The translations under genes were made by a program, and so were the position numbers. A stretch of DNA of 64,000 bases. Source: a bacterium. Lineage in GTDB: Bacteria > UBA8248. The notes beneath the pieces were generated by a model. It had not been told where the DNA came from. It did no database searches and was given only the letters and a program-made list of their open reading frames with translations. Positions 40,230-49,812 of the stretch are shown here, piece by piece. The DNA is taken from assembly GCA_965213625.1 (NCBI GenBank), contig CBDBZU010000004.1, positions 416,001 through 480,000 on the forward strand, read 5' to 3'. Every line of letters begins with the position of its first letter. Within the stretch, counting starts at the first letter, position 1.

Positions 40230-41789
40230 CTATGCCTCATCTGCTCCGCCCGCGCTTTCAGGCGTATGCGCCGTGCGCGTTCGGGGCGGTGCGGCAGCCA
40301 GGGCCCGTGATATGGCGATGGCTCCCTGGTGAAAGAGGATGGCGCAATAGTCGACCGCGTCATCGGACATCTCACGGGGGGAATCGAAGTAAAAAGAAGC
40401 CAGCCCGACCACTTTTCCCAGCGCGACCAGAGGAAAGACTACGGCTCCGCCCATCTTTTCGGCTTTGAGCACCTCGGGCGCGCCGTGCCATTCATCGGCA
40501 TAGGGCACTTCGACTATCTCTTTTTCCCTCAGAGCGATCCTCTCCGGCAGACCGGAGTCGGGAGAGGCGATGGCGCTCCGGTAGGCCCCGCCCACGCGCG
40601 AAGAGCACACTTCGAGAAACCGCTCCGTCGCTTCGTCGTACAACGCGGCGTAATATCTTTCGGTCGAGAAAAACCGCGACACCTCCTCCACGACGGTGAG
40701 GATGACATCGCGGAAGTGTGCGCCTTCCGCCACGGATTCACTCGTTCTCAAAATGATGGCGAATTGATCCGAATCGAGTTGCCGACCGGCCGCCGCCTCA
40801 TCCGCCCCGACCTCTCTCGTCCGAGGAGTTGTGGCATCACCCTCCTGGCGGGACTTCAGATAAGAAAACAAGGCGAGCGATGCGAGCCATCCCGCCGCCA
40901 TAACTCCGGCCAGAATCGTCAATCCCGAGCCCGTCCTCGAGCGTTCCGACAGCTGGACGAGGCGCAACCGCCTCATCCCCAAGTAGAATATGGACTGCGA
41001 CATCGAGCGTTTGTTCTCGTTCGCGGCGTTGAACGCGACAGGGTCGCAGCAAACAGCAACGCCGAGGATCGAGGCGAGTTCCGCCTTGAAGGCCCCGGCG
41101 ATACTCTCGGCCAGAAACTCCTCACCCCGCTTGGCGAAGAGAACCTTCTGCTCGGGCTCCGCCAACAGAAAAACGCTCTCTCCGGGGGCTGGCGCGCCCA
41201 CTCGCAAAAGCAGAAGCGATTCCGCCGCAACCACGATACCCCAAAAACCCTTCGTCGAAGGCGAGGGCGCCAGCAGCACCACAACCGGCGCGCCACCCAG
41301 CGTGCTCGATTGAATGTCGAACTTCCTCCTCGGCGGCCCCGCCCCTCCTTCTCGTTTCAACTGGGAAAGAAGCGAACGCCTCGCCCCCGACCAGAGACCT
41401 TTTTCCTCGCCTCCCGGCGGCGGCATATCGCCCACCCTGCGCGAGTCCACGATCTTGCCCTGCTCATCGAGCAACACCGACGCGGCGAGTGATTCTCTCG
41501 ATTCCCCGCCCAGAAGAAAAGAAAGCGCCTTGCCCTCCCTGTTCGCAACGCCCGGAACCGCCGCCATCAGAAGCTCGGCCCCCTGAATCTTCCCGAGCAG
41601 GGAATCGACACGCCCCCGCATCCTGAATTTCAGGTCTTCCAGGCGCCTCGCATCCCGCTCGTCGTGTCGACTCAGGAGTACGCCCTGGACGGCTCGATGG
41701 GCGAAATAGGTCGCACCCGCCGTAAATAGGGCGGTGATGAGCGCAAAAAGCAGCAGAGGGGAAATTGTTTTTGGGGATTTCACATCCAT
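40230..41789 (-). CDS. Membrane protein with extracytoplasmic domain and C-terminal GAF-like domain
   Basis: Two hydrophobic segments flank about 270 aa; C-terminal AVVFPLVALGKVVG...QGAIAI GAF-like pattern. Confidence 0.6.
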   Translation of the reverse strand: MDVKSPKTISPLLLFALITALFTAGATYFAHRAVQGVLLSRHDERDARRLEDLKFRMRGRVDSLLGKIQGAELLMAAVPGVANREGKALSFLLGGESRESLAASVLLDEQGKIVDSRRVGDMPPPGGEEKGLWSGARRSLLSQLKREGGAGPPRRKFDIQSSTLGGAPVVVLLAPSPSTKGFWGIVVAAESLLLLRVGAPAPGESVFLLAEPEQKVLFAKRGEEFLAESIAGAFKAELASILGVAVCCDPVAFNAANENKRSMSQSIFYLGMRRLRLVQLSERSRTGSGLTILAGVMAAGWLASLALFSYLKSRQEGDATTPRTREVGADEAAAGRQLDSDQFAIILRTSESVAEGAHFRDVILTVVEEVSRFFSTERYYAALYDEATERFLEVCSSRVGGAYRSAIASPDSGLPERIALREKEIVEVPYADEWHGAPEVLKAEKMGGAVVFPLVALGKVVGLASFYFDSPREMSDDAVDYCAILFHQGAIAISRALAAAPPRTRTAHTPESAGGADEA

Positions 41790-41879
41790 CACACGTCGGC
41801 CGATGCCCAAGCCGGGCGATACGCCCCGCCTGAGGAAAAGCGATGCGCCCGCAAAACGTCGGGCGACGGTCAGAACCGT

Positions 41880-42899
41880 CTAACCCGCGGGCGCCCCGTT
41901 CGTTTTCGGCCCCACGCCATAGAGTTTTTCCGAGAAGTGACACGCCGCGAAATGACCCGTGCTGATTTCGCGCATCAGCGGCTCCTCCGCCACACACCTG
42001 TCCTCCTTGTAGGGGCATCTCGTATGGAATCGACACCCCGAGGGAGGATTCACGGGACTGGGCACGTCGCCGGTCAGAATCATGCGTTTTTTCTTGAGCG
42101 TCGGGTCCGGAATCGGCACGGCGGATAGCAGCGCCTCGGTATAGGGGTGTTTCGCCTCCATCACCACCTTGTCGGCCGAAGCCATCTCCACGATCTTGCC
42201 CAGATACATGACGGCGATGCGGTCGCTCACATGCTGGACGACGGCCAAATCATGCGCGATAAGCACGAACGCGATTCCGAATTCTTGTTGCAGGTCTTCG
42301 AGCAGGTTGATCACCTGCGCCTGAATCGACACGTCGAGCGCGCTGACGGGCTCGTCCGCAATGATGAGTTTGGGATTGAGCGCCAGGGCGCGGGCGATGC
42401 CGATGCGCTGGCGCTGTCCGCCCGAGAACTCATGCGGATAACGCCGTATATGCTCGGGCCTCAAGCCCACCCGGTGGAGAAGCGAGGCGACTTTTTCCTC
42501 TTTATCCTTTCCTTTTGCGATGCCGTGGATGGTCAGCGGCTCACCGACGATGCTGCCCACCGTCATGCGCGGGTTCAGGGACGCATACGGGTCCTGAAAG
42601 ATGATTTGCATCTCGCGCCGGAGCCTGCGCATCGACTCCCTGTTCAGGGTGCAGACGTCTGTGCCCTGGAAGTTCACCTCGCCCGAAGTCGGCTCGATGA
42701 GGCGCAAGATGGCCCGTCCGGTTGTCGATTTCCCGCAACCGCTCTCCCCGACCAACCCGAGCGTTTCACTCGGCTCCAGATCGAAGCTCACCCCGTCCAC
42801 GGCGCGCACGTAGTTGCGAACCCGGGAGAATACGCCTCCACGCACCGGAAAGTGCTTCACCATATCTTTTACTTCGAGTAGTTTATCGGCCACGGCCAC
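41880..42899 (-). CDS. Oligopeptide/dipeptide ABC transporter ATP-binding protein (OppF/AppF-like)
   Basis: [36 protein letters not shown]...ACH. Confidence 0.93.
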   Translation of the reverse strand: MAVADKLLEVKDMVKHFPVRGGVFSRVRNYVRAVDGVSFDLEPSETLGLVGESGCGKSTTGRAILRLIEPTSGEVNFQGTDVCTLNRESMRRLRREMQIIFQDPYASLNPRMTVGSIVGEPLTIHGIAKGKDKEEKVASLLHRVGLRPEHIRRYPHEFSGGQRQRIGIARALALNPKLIIADEPVSALDVSIQAQVINLLEDLQQEFGIAFVLIAHDLAVVQHVSDRIAVMYLGKIVEMASADKVVMEAKHPYTEALLSAVPIPDPTLKKKRMILTGDVPSPVNPPSGCRFHTRCPYKEDRCVAEEPLMREISTGHFAACHFSEKLYGVGPKTNGAPAG

Positions 42900-43240
42900 G
42901 CCTTTCCTGTTTAATGCAAATACGCACTGCGAAATGATGTGTATTCAATTTCTATCATTGCGAACACCTGCGGGCAAGTCTCTGGGAATCTATTGACGCA
43001 TTTGGAGAATCCACTCCCCGCCTCCGGCGGCAAAGGCGACGGCGCCCGTTCCGAGTACGGACTGGCCTCTCCCATTCTTTTTCCCGTCGGGCCGCTCTTG
43101 CACGAAGCCATTGATTATCGCACCCCGTTTTGTTACTTTTGGCGGTCAGCCCGTTTGGGCGGGTACCATTCGAGGTGAACATCCCCATGATCGTGCGCAG
43201 ATGCGCATCGGGGTGAAATCGTTTTTTCATGGAGAGGGAA

Positions 43241-43648
43241 ATGGCGGAAGAAGAAAAAAACGAAGCGGAAGCCACCGAGCAGGAAGCGGAAGCTCCCCAA
43301 GAGGAAGCGGCGGCCCCCGAAGAGAAGGGCCCCGTTCTGACGGCCAAAGAAATTGACAAGATGAACGTGCCCAAGCTCAAGGAAGCCGCCCTGGCCTACG
43401 GCGGGAAGATTTCCGGCGTCCACGGCATGGACAAAACCCAGTTGATCCGGGCGCTCAAGGAGATTAACGACATTCCGTTGATCGAGGCGAAGCGCACCTC
43501 CAAAATCGACAGGAACGCCGTGAAGCAACAAATCAAGTCGCTCAAGAACATGCGGGATCAGCACATCGAGGCGAGCGACGGCGTGCAGCTCAAACGCGTG
43601 AGAAGACGCATCAAGTCGCTTCGCAGAAAACTGGTGCGAACCGCTTAA
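43241..43648 (+). CDS. Small protein with Rho N-terminal-like helical domain and basic C-terminus
   Basis: IDKMNVPKLKEAA...ISGVHGMDKTQLI pattern; start could be 43229. Confidence 0.65.
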   Translation: MAEEEKNEAEATEQEAEAPQEEAAAPEEKGPVLTAKEIDKMNVPKLKEAALAYGGKISGVHGMDKTQLIRALKEINDIPLIEAKRTSKIDRNAVKQQIKSLKNMRDQHIEASDGVQLKRVRRRIKSLRRKLVRTA

Positions 43649-43682
43649 GCTGTAGAACGATTCCATTCCCTCGGGAGAAACG

Positions 43683-44672
43683 ATGCCCGCACATATATCC
43701 CTGCCCCTGACATCGAACGGGGGCGTGAGTTTCATAGCTCGCATTCTGGAAGACACGCCTCGCCTGGATCGAACTGAACTCACCACACTGCAAATAAACG
43801 TGGGCAAGTTCTGCAACCAGACTTGCGCGCACTGCCATGTGGGCGCGGGCCCGCATCGCAAGGAAATCATGACCGAGGATACGGCGAACCGCATCATCGA
43901 ATGGCTCGAGGATACGCAGATATCCAACGTCGACATCACGGGAGGCGCGCCCGAACTCAACGCTCATTTCAGGCGCATCGTCACCCGCGCCCACCGCAAG
44001 GGCCGTCACGTAATGGTTCGCTGCAACCTCACGGTCGTCTACGAGCCGGGCCAAGAGGACCTGATTGATTTCTACCGCGAGAACCGCGTGGAACTCATCT
44101 GCTCTCTGCCCTGTTATCTCGAGGAAAACGTGGACACCCAGCGCGGAGACGGCGTGTTTGAAAAATCCATCCGCGCGCTCCGGGATTTGAACGAGGCGGG
44201 TTTCGGCCCGCCGGGAGATCTGGAACTGAACCTCGTCTACAACCCTGTGGACGATAATCTCCCCCCGCCCCAGGAGGCGCTCGAGGCGGACTACAAACGC
44301 GAACTCCTCAAGCGCTACGGCATCCGCTTTCATCATCTCTACACCATCACCAACATGCCCATTACACGCTTCGCCAGTTATCTGAAGGTGAACGGCAAGC
44401 TGGATAACTACATGACCACACTTCGTGAAGCCTACAACCCCGGAACACTGCCCGACCTGATGTGCCGAAACCTCATCAGCGTGGGGTGGGACGGCGTCTT
44501 GTATGATTGCGACTTCAACCAGATGCTCAACATGTCCCTGGGCAACGGGACGCCACTGAAACTTTGGGACGTAGCGCCAGACGAGCTGCTGGGCCGGGAA
44601 ATCCTGCTGGGCGATCATTGCTTCGGCTGCACGGCGGGGGCCGGCTCCTCCTGCGGAGGCTCTCTGGCGTAA
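43683..44672 (+). CDS. Radical SAM protein, ArsS/DUF3641 family
   Basis: LQINVGKFCNQTCAHCHV (CxxxCxxC), DITGGAPELN, YDCDFNQ, HCFGCTAGAGSSCGG. Confidence 0.88.
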   Translation: MPAHISLPLTSNGGVSFIARILEDTPRLDRTELTTLQINVGKFCNQTCAHCHVGAGPHRKEIMTEDTANRIIEWLEDTQISNVDITGGAPELNAHFRRIVTRAHRKGRHVMVRCNLTVVYEPGQEDLIDFYRENRVELICSLPCYLEENVDTQRGDGVFEKSIRALRDLNEAGFGPPGDLELNLVYNPVDDNLPPPQEALEADYKRELLKRYGIRFHHLYTITNMPITRFASYLKVNGKLDNYMTTLREAYNPGTLPDLMCRNLISVGWDGVLYDCDFNQMLNMSLGNGTPLKLWDVAPDELLGREILLGDHCFGCTAGAGSSCGGSLA

Positions 44673-44790
44673 AGAGCGCAATCGCCGAAAATTTTCTGGT
44701 CTCCTTTCAATCATCAAGCTATGATGTCATCCACCCGGTTGAATCGATAATATCAATTGCGCTATATCGGGGCAGCGACAAGACACGAAT

Positions 44791-45609
44791 ATGGAGTGGA
44801 CCCCATTGGCTCGCCTAACGAGAGGAAACAGAAAGAGATATCCGCAGGTACGCGGACTGCTCGCGCTCGTCTTGAGCCTCGCGCTTTTGTGCGCTCCGGC
44901 CTCCATCGCCTTCGGTTCTGACCATGACATCGGCAATGAGGAACAAGCTACAGAATCCATAGACCCGTTCGAGGATTTCAACCGCGCAGTCTTCGATTTC
45001 AACGAAGCGCTCGACGCCGTCATTTTCCTCCCGCTCGCGAAGATATACCGGGCCTTATTCCCAAAACCCGTACGCGATACGTTCCGCAATTTCATGCGCA
45101 ACATTAACGCCCCATTCATTTTTGCGAACGACGTCCTCCAGGGGGAGGGGGAGCGCGCCGGTATGACCCTGAGCCGGTTTTTGATCAACACCACCCTGGG
45201 AGTGGTGGGATTGTTCGACGTGGCGACGGGGATAGGAGTACCGCATCACGAGGAGGATTTCGGCCAAACTCTCGGGGTTTGGGGCGTAGAAGAGGGGGTA
45301 TACATCGTGCTCCCCATACTGGGGCCATCGACGGTCCGGGACGGTTTCGGCAAGGTGGGAGACGCCTTCATCAACCCGCTCAACTACGCGGGCGCCGCCG
45401 GCAAAGACGTGGAGAAAATCTTCTTCGGGCATCCCCGCTACCTGGCGGACTTTCTATTCGGAGTAAGGCTCCTGGAGGGCATCGACACCCGCGAGCGCTT
45501 AATCGAACCCATCGAATTGCTCAAGAAAGACCCTCTGGCCCTGGACTATTACACCCTGATTCGCAGCATCTACCTCCAGCGCCGCAAGAAAGAGATTCTG
45601 AACAAATAA
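44791..45609 (+). CDS. mlaA: MlaA/VacJ-family outer-membrane lipid asymmetry protein
   Basis: DPFEDFNR, RFLINTTLG, EDFGQTLG.WG, LPILGPSTVRD. Confidence 0.9.
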   Translation: MEWTPLARLTRGNRKRYPQVRGLLALVLSLALLCAPASIAFGSDHDIGNEEQATESIDPFEDFNRAVFDFNEALDAVIFLPLAKIYRALFPKPVRDTFRNFMRNINAPFIFANDVLQGEGERAGMTLSRFLINTTLGVVGLFDVATGIGVPHHEEDFGQTLGVWGVEEGVYIVLPILGPSTVRDGFGKVGDAFINPLNYAGAAGKDVEKIFFGHPRYLADFLFGVRLLEGIDTRERLIEPIELLKKDPLALDYYTLIRSIYLQRRKKEILNK

Positions 45610-45869
45610 TCGAACTCGTCGTGCGCACCGCTACAACTTCGGTCATGCGCGCAGTTGAGGGGATACCGAACTCCTCTACCCTCCGTCCTTTCCTTCGTAG
45701 ACTTCGATAACGCGCGCGGCGGCGTCCTTGCCCCAGCCCACGTCCAGGGCGCGCTGGAACGTCATTCGGCCCTCCATGAAATACGCTCCGCTTGAGCGCG
45801 CGCCTCTTTTCACGCGCGGGAGAATACTGCAATATGGGGAGCCGTGATTTTTCTTGTCCGGAGGTTCTC

Positions 45870-46460
45870 TTGGAAATTCTTGCATCCGTCATCATCGTGG
45901 GATGCATCACCTACGACATCGGTTCGGTCTCCGCCGCCTGGTTCGCCGCAAAGGCGCGTGGCATCGATTTGCGCATGTACGGGAGCGGACAACTCGATTT
46001 CGCGAACACCTGGATGGTGCTGGGGGATCGCGTGGGCGCTCTCGTCTTCATCGCCGACCTCCTAAAAGCGCAGCTGGCGCTGGGTTTCGCCTGGTTCATG
46101 AGCGACTCTCCGTGGATCGCCGCACTGGCCTGCGTCTGCGTGGTGCTCGGCGAGATACTACCGGTTTTTCACGGGTTTCGCGGCGGACGCGGAACGGCGA
46201 GCACCTCGGGCGCGCTGCTCGGCGTGTCGCCTCTCACCCTGGTGATCTGCGCCACCGTCGCCCTGCTCATCTCCGCCCTGACCGGAAGGCGCGACCACGC
46301 GGAACTCATCGCCATCCTGCTGATGCCGGGCGTCGCCATTTTCGTCGGCAAGGGTGACATTCCCCTGATGGTCCTCACCGTCCTTATCACCGCGATGCTG
46401 CTTTATAAGCGCAAAGAGTTGGTTGACGAACTGCTGGGCTTCAACAAAGACGACGAGTAG
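45870..46460 (+). CDS. Divergent PlsY-like (glycerol-3-phosphate acyltransferase) membrane protein
   Basis: IDLRMYGSG, ADLLKA, FRGGRG; several catalytic motifs degenerate; TTG start after GGAGG. Confidence 0.7.
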   Translation: MEILASVIIVGCITYDIGSVSAAWFAAKARGIDLRMYGSGQLDFANTWMVLGDRVGALVFIADLLKAQLALGFAWFMSDSPWIAALACVCVVLGEILPVFHGFRGGRGTASTSGALLGVSPLTLVICATVALLISALTGRRDHAELIAILLMPGVAIFVGKGDIPLMVLTVLITAMLLYKRKELVDELLGFNKDDE

Positions 46461-46520
46461 GCCAACGACACTTGCGCCACGCGACGCCGACCACGGAAGC
46501 GGAACAATAATCCACAGATA

Positions 46521-47519
46521 TCAGGGCTTCAGCACCACCTTGATGGCGGCGTCAGGCCGGTCCTGAACGGCGAACGCCTCCGGTGCATCCTCGAGTTCGA
46601 TAACATGGGAAATCAAGGGCCCGCGCCGGACCTTACCGCTCTCGACAAGCTCGATGGCGCGGTGGTAGTCGTCCCCGGTCCAGGTCCAGGACCCATAGAC
46701 GACGACGTGTTTGCGCACCACCTGGTTGAAGTCCAGATCCGCAGAATGCTCGAACAGGGCGACCAACACCAAACGGCCATATTGCTGCTTCAGCATCAGC
46801 AAACCCTGGTTCGGTGAAGACGGCGCGCCGGCGCAGTCGACCACCAGATCGGCGTTGCCGCCGCGAACGCCGAAACGCTCCACCGGCTTGGCCCCGCCCG
46901 TCAGTTCGATCACGGCTTCCACCGGGTCGGTTTCGGTCAGGTTGACGACGGCGTCGGCTCCGAAGCGCCTGGCCATTTCCAAGCGGCGCTCTGAAGAGTC
47001 GACGGCGATGACGCGGCAGTCGACGGTCGCACGGATGGCCTGGACGCAGCCTAAGCCGATAATGCCGGCCCCCAGCACGACCACCGTTTCGCCGGCCACC
47101 GGCTTTCCCAATGACACGCCGTGCAAAGAGGTGGCCAGCGGTTCGAGCGTCGCGCCCTCCTCGAAGCTGACGGACTCCGGCAGGATGTGCGGGCTGCGCT
47201 CGGTAACACGAACAGGCACATACTCTGCAAAGCCGCCGTGACCGAGCCCGGTGATGCGGTCCCCGACGGAAAAGCCGCTGACTTTTTCTCCCATTTCGAC
47301 GATTTCACCGCTCAGTTCATGACCCATAATGCGGCGTTTGTCGTCGATCCGTCGCCCAAGCACCTCGAACATGCCGAGGCGGTACATGTGCAGATCGGAC
47401 CCGCAAATCCCGCACGCCTTCACCCGCACCAATACGTCATGCTCGCCGGGGGCCGGCCGCTCCACCTGCTCGACCCGAATGTCCCGCGGTCCGTGATAAA
47501 CGGCTGCTTTCATACGCAT
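46521..47519 (-). CDS. Zinc-binding medium-chain dehydrogenase
   Basis: CGICGSDLH, MGHE, GAGIIG; lacks the 4-Cys structural-zinc lobe. Confidence 0.9.
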   Translation of the reverse strand: MRMKAAVYHGPRDIRVEQVERPAPGEHDVLVRVKACGICGSDLHMYRLGMFEVLGRRIDDKRRIMGHELSGEIVEMGEKVSGFSVGDRITGLGHGGFAEYVPVRVTERSPHILPESVSFEEGATLEPLATSLHGVSLGKPVAGETVVVLGAGIIGLGCVQAIRATVDCRVIAVDSSERRLEMARRFGADAVVNLTETDPVEAVIELTGGAKPVERFGVRGGNADLVVDCAGAPSSPNQGLLMLKQQYGRLVLVALFEHSADLDFNQVVRKHVVVYGSWTWTGDDYHRAIELVESGKVRRGPLISHVIELEDAPEAFAVQDRPDAAIKVVLKP

Positions 47520-47613
47520 GCGTCGTCCCCTTTGAGTCTACAGCGTCATCTCGCCCGTATCGTCGAGCCTTTCGGACAACCCCATTCGGAAAAAGAATTA
47601 AACCAGACGACCC

Positions 47614-49041
47614 TTACAGCACGGGACGCCGGTTCCGCAGTTCGGGCGTCGCCCTCTCGTAGGCGTGGACCGCGCGCAGCACTTCCGCCTCCTCCCAGGG
47701 GCGGCCAATGACCTGAAGCGACATGGGCATGCCCTCTTTTTCCGAATACCCGGTGGGAACCACCGCCGCCGGGAATCCCGTCAGGTTCTGGTGGGTGAGG
47801 TACGGCATGGTGAGGCCCAGGGAGTAATCCACCTCCTCGCCGTTGATATGGGCCATCAAATCCTCGAGTCGCGGGGCGATGCACGGCAGGGCGAGCGTCA
47901 ATATGACGTCCACCCGATCGAACAGATCAAACACCTTGCGCCGCAGCACCTCCCGCTCGCGCCCTGCGCGGATGTACTCGTCCAGATCGGCCCCCGCGAG
48001 GCTCGCCTCCACCCGCTCGCGCGTGGAGGGGCCGTAGCCGTCGGGATTCTGCTCGTAGAGCGGCCTGTGGAACTCGGCGAATTCGCACTGGATGATGACG
48101 CGGCTTACGTGCATCAAGCGGTCCGCATCGCTAAAGGGCAACGTCTCGACCTGCGCGCCCGACTCACGGAACACATCGACGGCGCGCTCGAAAGCCTGCG
48201 CCACCTCGGCGTCCGCCTCGAAATCGCCCGAAAGGCCGGGGCAAAGGCCCACCCGCAAACCTTCGGTGCCCTCCCCGAGCCGGGCGGAGAAGTCGGGAAC
48301 CGGAACGTCGCGGCTGTAGGGGTCTTGCGCGTCGTAGCCCGCCATTCCTTGCAAGAAGAGAGCGGCGTCTTTTGCCGAGCGGGCGATCGGTCCCACGTGG
48401 TCGTAACTCAAACAATTCGGGCACACGCCCCGCAGGCTGACCCGGCCGTGGGTAGGCTTGAGTCCCACGAGCCCGCACAACGCCGCAGGCCCGCGGATCG
48501 AGCTGCCCGTGTCCGTACCGATGGCGACGGGGCAAAGACCGGCGGCGACCGATGCGCCCGACCCCGTGCTCGAGCCTCCCGTCATGCGCTCCAAGTCCCA
48601 CGGATTGTGCGCGGTGCCGAAGTGGGCGTTTTGACTCAGCGGACCGGAGGCGAACTCCTGGGTATGGCATTTCCCGAGCAGAATCGCGCCGGTGCGCTTT
48701 AAGCGGGCGACGCATTCCGCATCCCGCTCGGGCACATTGTCGCGGAAGAAGCTCGACCCGCGCGTCGTCCGAACGCCCGCCGTGTCGATGATGTCCTTGA
48801 CCCCGTATGGGACGCCGTGCAAAGGGCCCAGCCTGCGGCCGGCGGCGATCTCCTCCTGTGCGCGCTTCGCCTCTGCCAGCGCGGCTTCTCCCGTCACCTC
48901 CAGAAAGCCCAGGATAGCGGGATTGAGCGAATCGATGCGCGCCAAAAACGCCTCGACCACCTCCACGGGAGAGAGCTCGCCCGCCCCGATTCCCTCTGAA
49001 AGCTCATGAAGCCCAAGCCCGCTAATATCTTCACTGGTCAT
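47614..49041 (-). CDS. Amidase signature-family protein
   Basis: LHGVPYGVKD, GGSSTGS, IGTDTGSSIRGPA. Confidence 0.92.
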   Translation of the reverse strand: MTSEDISGLGLHELSEGIGAGELSPVEVVEAFLARIDSLNPAILGFLEVTGEAALAEAKRAQEEIAAGRRLGPLHGVPYGVKDIIDTAGVRTTRGSSFFRDNVPERDAECVARLKRTGAILLGKCHTQEFASGPLSQNAHFGTAHNPWDLERMTGGSSTGSGASVAAGLCPVAIGTDTGSSIRGPAALCGLVGLKPTHGRVSLRGVCPNCLSYDHVGPIARSAKDAALFLQGMAGYDAQDPYSRDVPVPDFSARLGEGTEGLRVGLCPGLSGDFEADAEVAQAFERAVDVFRESGAQVETLPFSDADRLMHVSRVIIQCEFAEFHRPLYEQNPDGYGPSTRERVEASLAGADLDEYIRAGREREVLRRKVFDLFDRVDVILTLALPCIAPRLEDLMAHINGEEVDYSLGLTMPYLTHQNLTGFPAAVVPTGYSEKEGMPMSLQVIGRPWEEAEVLRAVHAYERATPELRNRRPVL

Positions 49042-49094
49042 GATACGCCCTCCCCGGGCAGAGCGGCTCCGCACTTCCCGTGAATCCAGAAAAA

Positions 49095-49781
49095 TCAATC
49101 CCCTGATTTCGCAGTCGCCGGTAGCGCTTCTTCCTGATCACCTGATGCGTCCTCTTTCGCCCACCAGCACTCGTTCATGAAATCGGCGAGGTCCTGTTTG
49201 TCGATCACGGCGGATTTGGTGAACAGGGTCATCTGGTCATGACCTTCGATGTCGGTCTCAAGCGCGTCGGTGAAGCGGTTCCACATGTTGAAATAGCCCG
49301 ACACCAGCGTCGCCTCGACGAGCTGGGCGTGATCGTAGTGTTTCTTCATGTTCGCAAGCGCCTCGGGGTTCTGAGCGAAGGTGTATTTCGTCAGGTGATA
49401 GGCCCAGGCGATGGCGGCTTTTTCGGCGTCGGTGAACAAGTCCGAATCCTGATAGGCGTCGTCCCTCACGGCGTCAATCTGCTCATCCGACAGCCCGCAC
49501 GCTCGACCGAACGTGACGTTGTGGGCCGTTCAGTACTTACACCCGTTTTCCATCGAGGTCTTCAAGATCAGGAGCGCCTTTGTCTTCGCGTCCAACACGT
49601 CGGTGATCTCGGCCCTGCACAGCGAGATCAGAAAACCGAACAGCGGCTGAAGCATCTTCGGGCTGGCCGAACTCACGCGGATGGCGTTCGCCACGCGGCC
49701 GAACATCTTGCGGCTCGCGTCGAACACCACGGTGGCCTCGGGGCCGGCTTCTTCATCACTCAGAATCGGTAGTTGCGCCAT
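49095..49781 (-). CDS. AhpD/carboxymuconolactone-decarboxylase-like putative selenoprotein (in-frame TGA at 49530-49532; motif NGC-K-Y-U-TAH)
   Basis: ORFs 49530-49781 and 49095-49469 are in one frame; TGA sits at the second Cys of the CxxC..H motif; SECIS-like hairpin follows. Confidence 0.85.
49493..49526 (-). promoter_or_regulatory. Putative bacterial SECIS element
   Basis: mRNA UGA ACG GCCCAC AACGU CACGUUC GGUC GAGCGUG C GGGC: upper stem with GGUC loop 22-25 nt after the UGA, lower GCCC/GGGC stem. Confidence 0.7.
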
Positions 49782-49812
49782 CGAATTCTCCTTCCCAAAT
49801 GGGTAACAAGAC

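Noticed and set aside
42911-43111. Small ORF upstream of the OppF-like gene as an OppD remnant
   Set aside because: Only a weak Cys pattern; no recognisable ABC motifs
44630-44672. Selenocysteine in the ArsS-family C-terminus or in the glutaredoxin
   Set aside because: Both encode Cys codons with no in-frame TGA
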